Of a stretch of DNA of 64,000 bases, positions 54,136 through 62,504 are shown piece after piece (the first letter of the stretch is position 1; each line of letters begins with the position of its first letter). Source of the DNA: Myxococcota bacterium. GTDB taxonomy: Bacteria; Myxococcota_A; UBA796; CAJQPC01. The stretch is taken from NCBI GenBank assembly GCA_036229005.1, contig JAZAMN010000064.1, forward strand, positions 32,001-96,000, in the 5' to 3' direction. Below the pieces are notes generated by a model, which saw nothing but the letters and a program-made list of their open reading frames with translations, was not told where the DNA came from and made no database searches. A program made the position numbers and the translations under genes.

Positions 54136-57100
54136 ATGAGCGGCGGACACAAGCTCAGCCCCCTGGAGGGGTTGACCAAGACCCTCATCGTGGCCCTGCT
54201 CTTTGGGTTGATGCTCTTCCTGCCGGCGATCCACACGCCCATCGGGACCATCAACCCCGAGTCCATGGTCACCCTGGGCTTCATCATCCTGGCCGCGTAC
54301 ACCGCCGGCGAGGTCCTGGGCACCATCTCCCTCCCGCACATCACCGCCTACCTGCTCATCGGCATGATCTGCGGCCCGGAGGCCCCCCACGTCCTGCACG
54401 TCCCCGAGGCCTTCAACGTCCTCAGCCACGAGGTCATCCTCGACCTCAAGCTCTTCGACAACCTCGCCGTCGCGCTCATCGCCCTGTCCGCGGGCGGGGC
54501 CCTCTCCCTGGGCGGCCTCAAGAAGAACGCCCGCCTGCTGGGCTCCGTGCTCACCACCCAGTACCTGGCCCTGCTGGGTATCCTGGCCGGGCTGGTCTTC
54601 CTGCTCTCCGGTGTGATCCCGGGCTTCAGCCTGCCCTTCTTGGAGGGAGAGAGCACCAGGGTCGTCGCCGGCGCCGCCGTCCTGCTCGCCATCATCGGGG
54701 CGGCCCAGTCCCCCGCGGCCTCCATCGCCATCATCAACGAGACGCGGGCCAAGGGGCCAGTGACGGACGCAGTGCTCGGGGTGTCTGTCCTCAACAACGT
54801 CGTCGTCGTGGTGCTCTTCGGCGTCGGCTCCGCCGTCGCCTTCGGCCTGCTCGGGGTCGAGTCCGGCGGCGAGGTCGGGCTGGCCGCTTCCCTCGGTATC
54901 GAGATGGGCCTGTCCCTGCTCCTGGGCGCCCTGGTCGCCGGCGGCCTGGCCGCCTGGATCCGCTTCGTCGGGCGCGAGCAGCTCCTCCTCATCTTGGTCG
55001 GGCTGTGCTTCGCGGTGGTGTGGGGCGCGGGTGCGTTGGGTGAGGAGCTGATCGGGAAGGCCATCGACCCCCTCCTCGCCTTCCTGTTCGCGGGCTTCCT
55101 GGTGCGCAACGTGTTCTCGGAGCAGGCCCACTCGGCGCTCTCGGCCACGGTCAGCACCCTGTCCATGCCGGTCTACGTGGTGTTCTTCTTCCTGGCCGGC
55201 GCCAACCTGCACCTGCACGCCCTGCAGGAGATGGCCGCCTTCGCCGGCGTGTTGTTCGCCGGACGCATGTTCGCCCTCTGGGCCGGCACGGCCTCAGGTG
55301 CCGTCCTGGGAAAGGGCCCCGAAGCCCTCAAGAAGAGTGGCTTTCTCGGCTTCGGCGCTCAGGCCGGCATCGCCCTGGCCATGGCCGGCAGCGTGTCCGC
55401 CGGCGCAGGGGAGATCGGGGAGTCCATCGGCACCATCGCGGTGGCTGGCATCGCCCTGAACGAGATGTTCGGCCCCGTGCTGCTCAAGGCTTCGCTGGGC
55501 TGGGCCAAGGAGCTCCCGGACGAGGAGGCCGACGGCCTGCCGCCCGAAGAGCCCACCCGCGCCGAGGACGCCACCGCCGAGCTGGACCGGCGCATGCCCG
55601 AGTTCCTGCCGGAGCCGGGGCATACCAACTTCGACCCCTGGGGGCCGCCGCCTGCGGTGAGCTGGAAGCGCCTGCTGGAGCTCTCCCGCCAGATCAAGGC
55701 CGAGCTCCAGGGCCAGGTCCGGGACCTGCGCAGCAGCACCATCGCCCCCCGTCGCCGCGACGCGTTGGGCTGGCTGGGTGGCCTGCGGCGCGAGTTCCTG
55801 CGCATGCACCGCCGCATCACCGTGCGCGCCAACGACCCCGAGCTGGACCCCGAGGCCTTCCGGGAGGAGCTGCGCTCCCACCTCAAGGCGCTGGCCCGCG
55901 AGTGGGAGGACCAGATCCTGGACCGCGCCGCCAGCGTGGACTTCCGCAAGGAGCGGCGCGCCCTGGACCAGCTCCTGCTGGACGTCGATGAGCTGGTGGC
56001 TCAGCAGCCCCAGGCCATGGAGCTCCCCCGTGAGACCGAGCTGCTGGCCGCCAGGGAAGGGGACGCGTTCCCTCTGCGCATGCAGCTCGCCATGGCCCGC
56101 CTGGGCAACAGCCCGCGGGTGATCCAGCCCCGGGTGCTCGCCCGCTTCACCCTGGGCGGCGAGGTCCCCGACCACCTCCCGGAGCTCGCCGGCCTGATGG
56201 CGCTGTCCGAGCGGCACCTGCTGGCGCGCGCCCGGAACATCTTCGAGGCCCTGCGCCAGAACCTGGACGAGGTCGCCTCCCAGAAGGACCTCAAGGCCGA
56301 GGACTACGGCCCCCTGCTCCAGCAGGTGCGCGAGGAGATGGAGGAGGAGTTCGAGCTCGCCCGCCGCGAGGTCGACCGCCTGGCCGACGAGACCGTGCGC
56401 GTGACCCAGGCCACCCTGGGGCGCCCCTACCGGCACCTGAACGAGCTGCTCCTGATCGCCGGCACCCCCCGACTCACCGATCGGGACGTGCGCTACTCCA
56501 AGGTCTTCGCGCGCCGCGAGCAGGCCGTCGCCCAGGTTCAGGACGGGCTGGAGCACAGCTTCGAGCTCACCCGCGGCGTCGCCAACGGCCTGGCCATGGA
56601 GCTCCAGCTCCTGCGGCTGCGACTCAGCGTCCGGGAGACCGTGGACACCCACGGACGGGCCCTGGAGCGGGACCTGCGTGGCCGCGTGCTGCTGCAGCTT
56701 GACCGGATCACCACCAACCTGACCGAGAGCCTGGATCGCCTCGCGGAGGCCATCCTCCAAGGGGACATGCCCGCGGACCAGCTCGCCGGCATCATCCAGG
56801 AGACCTGCAACCCCCTGGAGCACCTCATCGAGGACGCCCTGGGTGTCTGCGAGACCATGCGCTCTGGCCTCAAGACCGAGGCCGCCATCGAGCCCATGCG
56901 CGAGGGCCTGGCCCAAGGCGTCGACGCGCTCACCGACCGCTTCCAGGTGGTCGAGCGGGCCCCTGGTCTGACGGGGCGCCGCCTGCCGGAGCCCCCCACC
57001 ATCCGCGAGGTGCCCTTCCGCGAGCTGGCCACCCAGTACCTGGACGCCGAGGTCGGCCGCGACCTCTCCCTGGTGCTGGAGGAGCTGCTCTCCCAGGTCG

Positions 57101-58635
57101 AAGAGGCCGTGCGCGCCGTCGAGGAGATGCAGCGCGGCCTGCAGTTCAACGTGGAGCTGGCGGCCTCCGAGCTGTCGGTGCTGGGGAGCGAGCCCGCGTC
57201 CGCCGAGGTGCGGCGGGTGGTCGAGGAGACGCTGCTCTCCACGGCCTCGCGCATGGGCAACCGCCTGGAGACCATCCGCGAGGGGATGGAGGGCCTGGAC
57301 GTCGAGGGCCGGCGTAAGGTCCAGGAGGTCGTCCTCGGCCACATCGACGCCTTCCACGACCTGCTCGTTGGCGGGCGCTGGGACGAGGTCCGCCGCCGCC
57401 TGGCGCTCGGCCAGCTCGAGCGTCGCCGCCAGCTCATCACGGGGGGAGCCTCCAACCTGGGGGACCTGGGGCGCCACCTGGAGTCCAACCTGGAGCGCGC
57501 CCTCGGCCAGCGCGCCTACCGCCAGGCCCGTCGTCGCCTGGGGCTCCCCGACCGCCGCCGCCTCAGCACGGATCTGGGCCCGGCCCGCTTCGCGCCGATG
57601 CGCGCCAGGGCCGAACTCCCCGTGGTCTTCTCCCGCCTGTTCACCGACCCCGCGCTGGAGGCCGCGGACCTGCTCGCCGGCCAGGAGATCGAGGTCGCGG
57701 AGCTGCGCTCGCTGCTGCTGGGCCGAGGCCCGGGTCTCCGCCGGGGCGTCGCCGTGGTCGGGCACGGAGAGGGCCGGGCCGCCGCCGTCAACGCCCTGCT
57801 CCGCGGTCTGAACGAGCGCCTGCGCATCAAGCGCCACACCCTCACCCAGCCCGTCACGGACGTCGCCGAGGTCCAGCGCATCCTGGACTCCGCCCAGGGC
57901 CACGGCTGCGTGGTCATCGAGGGCCTGCACTGGCTCTTCCAGGCCGAGCCCGGGGGCTACGGTCCGCTGCGCGCCCTGGTCGAAGGGATCCTGGAGGACG
58001 AAGGCGAGAACGCCTGGGTGCTCTCCGCCGAGCCCCACGTCTGGGAGTACGCCTGCGGGGTCGTGCCCCTCACCGACCTCTTCCCGGGCACCCTGGAGCT
58101 GCGCCCCTTGAGCCCCGAGGAGCTGCGCGAGGTCCTGGTCAACCGCCACGCCATGAGCGGCTACCGCCTGCGCATCGCCCCCACCCTGGGCAACCTGGGC
58201 CAGCTCGTCCGGGACGCCTTCCGAGGCCGCGGGGGCCGCAAGGACCGCGACGAGGAGGTCTACTTCGAGCGCCTGCACGAGGCCACGGGGGGCGTGCTCC
58301 GGGACGCCCTCTTCCTCTGGATGGCGTCCGTCACCGAGGTCGATCCCGCCTCGGATCTCATCACCATCGGTGAGTTCCCGGACAGCCCGCTGCACGCTCT
58401 GCGCGAGCTCTCGGACACCGACCTGCTCAGCCTCCGTCAGCTCTGCCGCCAGGGCCGCCTCGACGCCGACAACCACGCCGCCTCCATGCACATGGACCCC
58501 CAGAACTCCGCCGGTGAGCTCGCCCGCCTGCAGCACTGGGGCATCCTCGAGCGCGGTCGCCACGGCTTCGTGGTGCGTGATCACCTGCTCGGCCCTCTGC
58601 GCCGGGTCCTGGTGGAGAAGGGGCTGGACCGATGA
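54136..58635 (+). CDS. CPA2-type antiporter fused to a long helical region and a degenerate P-loop ATPase-like/winged-helix module
   Basis: N-terminal ~460 aa are hydrophobic (LPHITAYLLIG, QSPA, FFFLAGANL, AQAGIALAMA, NEMFGP); then a long charged helical region; VAVVGHGEGRAA (Walker A-like), VVIEGLH (Walker B-like), LRPLSPEELREVLVNRH. Confidence 0.75.
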   Translation: MSGGHKLSPLEGLTKTLIVALLFGLMLFLPAIHTPIGTINPESMVTLGFIILAAYTAGEVLGTISLPHITAYLLIGMICGPEAPHVLHVPEAFNVLSHEVILDLKLFDNLAVALIALSAGGALSLGGLKKNARLLGSVLTTQYLALLGILAGLVFLLSGVIPGFSLPFLEGESTRVVAGAAVLLAIIGAAQSPAASIAIINETRAKGPVTDAVLGVSVLNNVVVVVLFGVGSAVAFGLLGVESGGEVGLAASLGIEMGLSLLLGALVAGGLAAWIRFVGREQLLLILVGLCFAVVWGAGALGEELIGKAIDPLLAFLFAGFLVRNVFSEQAHSALSATVSTLSMPVYVVFFFLAGANLHLHALQEMAAFAGVLFAGRMFALWAGTASGAVLGKGPEALKKSGFLGFGAQAGIALAMAGSVSAGAGEIGESIGTIAVAGIALNEMFGPVLLKASLGWAKELPDEEADGLPPEEPTRAEDATAELDRRMPEFLPEPGHTNFDPWGPPPAVSWKRLLELSRQIKAELQGQVRDLRSSTIAPRRRDALGWLGGLRREFLRMHRRITVRANDPELDPEAFREELRSHLKALAREWEDQILDRAASVDFRKERRALDQLLLDVDELVAQQPQAMELPRETELLAAREGDAFPLRMQLAMARLGNSPRVIQPRVLARFTLGGEVPDHLPELAGLMALSERHLLARARNIFEALRQNLDEVASQKDLKAEDYGPLLQQVREEMEEEFELARREVDRLADETVRVTQATLGRPYRHLNELLLIAGTPRLTDRDVRYSKVFARREQAVAQVQDGLEHSFELTRGVANGLAMELQLLRLRLSVRETVDTHGRALERDLRGRVLLQLDRITTNLTESLDRLAEAILQGDMPADQLAGIIQETCNPLEHLIEDALGVCETMRSGLKTEAAIEPMREGLAQGVDALTDRFQVVERAPGLTGRRLPEPPTIREVPFRELATQYLDAEVGRDLSLVLEELLSQVEEAVRAVEEMQRGLQFNVELAASELSVLGSEPASAEVRRVVEETLLSTASRMGNRLETIREGMEGLDVEGRRKVQEVVLGHIDAFHDLLVGGRWDEVRRRLALGQLERRRQLITGGASNLGDLGRHLESNLERALGQRAYRQARRRLGLPDRRRLSTDLGPARFAPMRARAELPVVFSRLFTDPALEAADLLAGQEIEVAELRSLLLGRGPGLRRGVAVVGHGEGRAAAVNALLRGLNERLRIKRHTLTQPVTDVAEVQRILDSAQGHGCVVIEGLHWLFQAEPGGYGPLRALVEGILEDEGENAWVLSAEPHVWEYACGVVPLTDLFPGTLELRPLSPEELREVLVNRHAMSGYRLRIAPTLGNLGQLVRDAFRGRGGRKDRDEEVYFERLHEATGGVLRDALFLWMASVTEVDPASDLITIGEFPDSPLHALRELSDTDLLSLRQLCRQGRLDADNHAASMHMDPQNSAGELARLQHWGILERGRHGFVVRDHLLGPLRRVLVEKGLDR

Positions 58636-59951
58636 GCTGGTTGCTGCTGTTCACCACCTTGTCCACCGCTCAGGAGCCCGTGGCCCCCCCGCCGCAGGCG
58701 GAGCCCGCGACGGACGCTCCCGCGGAGCGGGATCCCTCCACCAGCGAGGACACCCTCCCGCCGACCAACCCCCTGCTGGAGCAGACCCTGGACCTGCTCG
58801 ACCTCCAGCGGGCGGAGGAGCTCCAGCGCATCCCTGGCGTCGCCCGGCCCTGGACCCCACCCGAACAGGAGTGGCGCAGCCAGCAGCTCGGCCCCTGGCC
58901 CGACGGGTACACCCCCACCGGTGAGCGCATGGTCATGCTGCCCACCCTGGACCCCATCACCGGTCGCATCCTGGACGCCGGCATCCCCATGGAGGGCGAG
59001 TGGCAGGGCCCGGAGGTCCCCCCGGCGCTCCCAGGGATGCAGTCTGGGGAGGTCGCGGATCCGAGCACCTCGCTGGCGCCAGAGGGTGTCGGGGGGGCGA
59101 AGGACCTTGGGGAGTCCGACGCGGTGGACCCAGCCGCTCCGAGCGACCCAGATCCCGCTCCCACCCCGGTCGTGCAGCCCCCGGACATCCAGGTGCAGGC
59201 CCCTGGTGGCGCGTGGCCCTTCACCCCGGTGCGGGGCGGGCAGGACTTCGGTGACGCGTTCGCCTGGTTCATGCTCTCGGTGTTCTCGGTCCTTGTGGTC
59301 CGGGGCATCGACAAGCTCAAGCGCAAGCTGACCAAGCGCGGGCTGATCCCCGTCTCGCTGCGCACCATCGCCATCGTCCTGCGGCTGCTGGCCTTGATCG
59401 GCGTGCTCTTTGGCGCGGCCCACCTGGTCCCGGATGAGTACGGGCAGTACTTCCCGGTGGTGCTGGTGACCTCTGCGGCCGCGCTGGGGTGGAGCGCGCG
59501 GGACCTGCTCCACGACCTGTTCGCCGGCGTGCTCCTGGTGGTCGAGAACCGCGTCGTCACCGACATGCGCGTCGAGGCCGACGGCCGCGTGGGCACCGTG
59601 CTCTCCGTGGGCTTCCGCTCGGTGAGCATGGAGTCCGATGACGGGCAGATCATCCGCATCCCCAACCGGGACTTCCTGAGCACCGACACCCGCACCGACA
59701 TGGATCCCTACGCGCCCGTCGAGGTCGTGGTGGAGGCCCCTCCTGGGGCCCGACGTCGCCTGGAGGAGGTCGTCCTGGCCAGCCCGCTGGTCGCGCCCGG
59801 ACACGCCCCCGAGGTCTTCCGCGATCCCGAGCACCCGGGCCGCTGGGTCGTGCGGGCGCGCCTGGTGCATCCGCGCTGGACCCTGGCCTTCCGAGGCTCG
59901 GTGTTGGACCGGCTGGATCCCCGGGTCTGCGGCGATCCCGAGCAGGCCTGA
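58632..59951 (+). CDS. MscS-family mechanosensitive channel protein with Pro-rich N-terminal extension
   Basis: Three TMs ending AAALGWSARDLLHDLFAGV; GTVLSVGFRSV...DGQIIRIPN. Confidence 0.85.
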   Translation: MSWLLLFTTLSTAQEPVAPPPQAEPATDAPAERDPSTSEDTLPPTNPLLEQTLDLLDLQRAEELQRIPGVARPWTPPEQEWRSQQLGPWPDGYTPTGERMVMLPTLDPITGRILDAGIPMEGEWQGPEVPPALPGMQSGEVADPSTSLAPEGVGGAKDLGESDAVDPAAPSDPDPAPTPVVQPPDIQVQAPGGAWPFTPVRGGQDFGDAFAWFMLSVFSVLVVRGIDKLKRKLTKRGLIPVSLRTIAIVLRLLALIGVLFGAAHLVPDEYGQYFPVVLVTSAAALGWSARDLLHDLFAGVLLVVENRVVTDMRVEADGRVGTVLSVGFRSVSMESDDGQIIRIPNRDFLSTDTRTDMDPYAPVEVVVEAPPGARRRLEEVVLASPLVAPGHAPEVFRDPEHPGRWVVRARLVHPRWTLAFRGSVLDRLDPRVCGDPEQA

Positions 59952-59973
59952 AAGTTTCTGGCGGCTCCATCGT

Positions 59974-59979
59974 TATGCT
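59974..59979 (+). promoter_or_regulatory. -10 element (TATGCT) of a probable leaderless promoter
   Basis: TATGCT, then 6 nt, then ATG at 59986. Confidence 0.55.
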
Positions 59980-59985
59980 GACGCG

Positions 59986-61485
59986 ATGACAGCCACCCGT
60001 ACACATGTGGAGCGCGCCCGGCAGCGGGTCGTCCTGGGCGCCGCGACCGCCACCTGGCTGCGTCACGCGGCGCTGGCGCTGGGCGTGGCGGGGGCGGGCT
60101 GCCTGCTGATCCGCCTCGGGGGAGGGGAGATGCCGTGGACCCTGGCCCCCCTGGGTTTCGTCGCGATCACCCCTCTGAGCGTCGCACTCGCGCTGCGCGG
60201 CAAGCTGCCCACCCTGGACACCATGGCCGCCTGGGTGGACCGGGAGCAGGGCGGAGCGGGCAAGGTCGTGACCGCCCTGGAGCTGGGCGGGGATACGGAG
60301 ATCTTCGCGGAGCTGCCTCGGGTTCGTCTGTGGCCGTCTGCGCGGCATGCGCTGGCCGGAGCGGCATTCCTGGCGCTGGCGCTGCTGCTCCCGGTGCGCC
60401 CCATCCTGGCCGAGCCGGCCCTGGTGGATGGCCCCGGGGTGGAGCAGCTCGAGGCCCAGCGGGAGGCCCTTGAAGAGGCGCTGGCCCTCCAGGAGGACGA
60501 GCAGGAGGCGCTGGAGGAGTCCATCGACGCGCTGCGCAGCGAGCAGGCCCGCGCGAACCCGGAGGCCGCTCTGGAGGCGATGGACGCTCTGGAGAGCCGC
60601 ATGGAGGAGCTCGCTCGCTCGGCTCAGCAGGCCGCACAGAGCGCGCAGGAGGCCATGGAGCAGGCGGAGCAGTCCGCCCAGGAGGCCCAGCAGGCGGCTG
60701 AGGAGGCCGCGAGCGCTCAGGCCTCGGAGCAGGCCCGGAGGCAGGCAGAGGAGGCCAGGAAGGCGGCCCAGGAGGCTCAGCAGTCCACCGCTCAGGCTGC
60801 CGCGGAGGCTCTGGCCCAGTCGGGGCTCAAGCTCCCCGGCGAGGCCACCGAGGCGCTGAACGGCGCGGGCCTGAGCGCGGAGCAGATCCAGTCCGGCCAG
60901 ATGGACAGCCAGCAGCTCGCGGACGCCATGGCCAAGATGAGCGCGGAGCAGCTCCAGGCGATGCAGAAGGGCCTCCAACAGGGGCTGGCCCAGCAGATGG
61001 CGCAGCTCGCCCAGGCCGGTCTGGGCGAAGGACTCCCCAGCGCGGGCCAGGGGCAGGGCGAGGGTCAAGGCCAGGGTGAGGGCCAAGGCCAGGGGCAAGG
61101 CCAGGGGCAAGGCGAAGGCCAGGGCCAGGGCGAAGGTCAGGGCCAGGGTCAGGGCGAAGGTCGGGGCCAGGGCCAAGGTCAGGGGGGCCAGGCGGGTCAG
61201 GGGGGCGTGGCGCGGGGACCCGGCACCGCGGAGATCACCTTCGGAGAGGAGCGGCCCGACCAGAGCGAGCGCTTCACCCCCACGCGCCTGAGCCCCGGTG
61301 AGCTCGACCTGGCCTCGTCGGCGCTGATCGGAGAGGGCTTCACGGACGCCGAGGTGCAGGTGGTGCGCGGCGCGGATGGGGCCGTGCAGGTAGTGTCCTC
61401 GTCGGGAGAGGACACCCACCGTCGGCGCCTGGCGCCCAGTCACCAGCAGGCCGTGTCCACCTGGTTTGCTGTGGAAGAGGAGTAG
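59986..61485 (+). CDS. MoxR-associated membrane protein with coiled coil and Gly-Gln repeat
   Basis: N-terminal TMs; A/E/Q coiled coil; GQ/GE repeat; C-terminal GGVARGPG...QQAVSTWF. Confidence 0.7.
   Translation: MTATRTHVERARQRVVLGAATATWLRHAALALGVAGAGCLLIRLGGGEMPWTLAPLGFVAITPLSVALALRGKLPTLDTMAAWVDREQGGAGKVVTALELGGDTEIFAELPRVRLWPSARHALAGAAFLALALLLPVRPILAEPALVDGPGVEQLEAQREALEEALALQEDEQEALEESIDALRSEQARANPEAALEAMDALESRMEELARSAQQAAQSAQEAMEQAEQSAQEAQQAAEEAASAQASEQARRQAEEARKAAQEAQQSTAQAAAEALAQSGLKLPGEATEALNGAGLSAEQIQSGQMDSQQLADAMAKMSAEQLQAMQKGLQQGLAQQMAQLAQAGLGEGLPSAGQGQGEGQGQGEGQGQGQGQGQGEGQGQGEGQGQGQGEGRGQGQGQGGQAGQGGVARGPGTAEITFGEERPDQSERFTPTRLSPGELDLASSALIGEGFTDAEVQVVRGADGAVQVVSSSGEDTHRRRLAPSHQQAVSTWFAVEEE
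61044..61203 (+). repeat. Coding low-complexity repeat (Gly-Gln/Gly-Glu)n
   Basis: Imperfect GGCCAG/GGCGAA hexamer array encoding GQGQGEGQ... Confidence 0.8.
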
Positions 61486-61487
61486 CT

Positions 61488-62504
61488 GTGTCGGAGCTGA
61501 TGGAAGCGCAGACCCTGAGCCGGGCGCAGGCCCTGGGTCAGTCCCTGATCGACGGGCTCAACGCCCGCCTGCTCGGACAGGAGCAGCTCGTGCACATGGT
61601 GGCCGTGGCCTGCCTGGCGCGGGGGCACGTGCTGCTGGAGGGCCTGCCCGGGCTGGGCAAGACCGAGCTGGTCAAGGGCGTGGCCGGCTTCTTGGGCCTG
61701 GACTTCCGGCGGGTGCAGTTCACCCCGGACCTGCTCCCGGGCGACGTCACTGGAGGCCCCGTGCTGGAGGAGAAGGACGGCGCGCGCCGCTTCGTCTTCC
61801 ACCCAGGCCCCATCTTCGGGAACGTGGTGCTCGCGGACGAGATCAACCGCGCCAGCCCGCGCACCCAGTCTGCGATGCTGGAGGCGATGCAGGAGCGCCG
61901 GGTGACCGTGCTGGGGGAGACCCACCCTCTGCCGGACCCCTTCTGGGTCCTGGCCACCCAGAACCCCATCGAGCTGGAGGGCACCTTCCCCCTGCCCGAG
62001 GCCCAGTTGGACCGCTTCTTGTTCAAGCTCGACGTCCGCCGCGTGGGGGCCGACACCCTGACCACGCTGCTCACCGAGCGCCGCCGGGGGCGCCCCCCGG
62101 AGCCGGTCGCGGTCTCCGACAAGGCCGGCCTGGACGCGCTCTTTGACGCCGTGGACCAGGTCTTCCTGCCCAAGGCGGTGGCCGCGTACATCGCCCGGCT
62201 GGTCAACGCGACCCACCCCGAGGAGCCCAGCGCCCCCGAGCAGGTCAAGCGCTACGCGCGCTACGGCGCCTCACCCCGCGCTGCCATCGCCATCGCTGAG
62301 TCCGCGCGGGCCCACGCGCTCCTCGCTGGCAAGCCCAATGCCGGCTTCGATGATGTGCGGGCCGTGGCGCCCCATGCGTTGGGCCACCGGGTGGTGGTCG
62401 ACTACAAAGCCCGCCTCGACGGCATCAGCGGCAGGGATCTGGCCGAGTTTGTGCTGGAGCAGGTCGACGAGCTTGGCAGCGCGCTCCCTGCGGAGCTGTC
62501 GTGA
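61488..62504 (+). CDS. moxR: MoxR-family AAA+ ATPase
   Basis: GHVLLEGLPGLGKT, RVQFTPDLLPGD, LADEINRASPRTQSAMLEAMQE, ATQNPIE, PLPEAQLDRF, GASPRA. Confidence 0.93.
   Translation: MSELMEAQTLSRAQALGQSLIDGLNARLLGQEQLVHMVAVACLARGHVLLEGLPGLGKTELVKGVAGFLGLDFRRVQFTPDLLPGDVTGGPVLEEKDGARRFVFHPGPIFGNVVLADEINRASPRTQSAMLEAMQERRVTVLGETHPLPDPFWVLATQNPIELEGTFPLPEAQLDRFLFKLDVRRVGADTLTTLLTERRRGRPPEPVAVSDKAGLDALFDAVDQVFLPKAVAAYIARLVNATHPEEPSAPEQVKRYARYGASPRAAIAIAESARAHALLAGKPNAGFDDVRAVAPHALGHRVVVDYKARLDGISGRDLAEFVLEQVDELGSALPAELS

Noticed and set aside
55294..58584. 1096-aa minus-strand ORF (likewise 1680..3506 +, 34747..37392 +, 45821..48187 -)
   Set aside because: Antisense shadows of better-supported genes.
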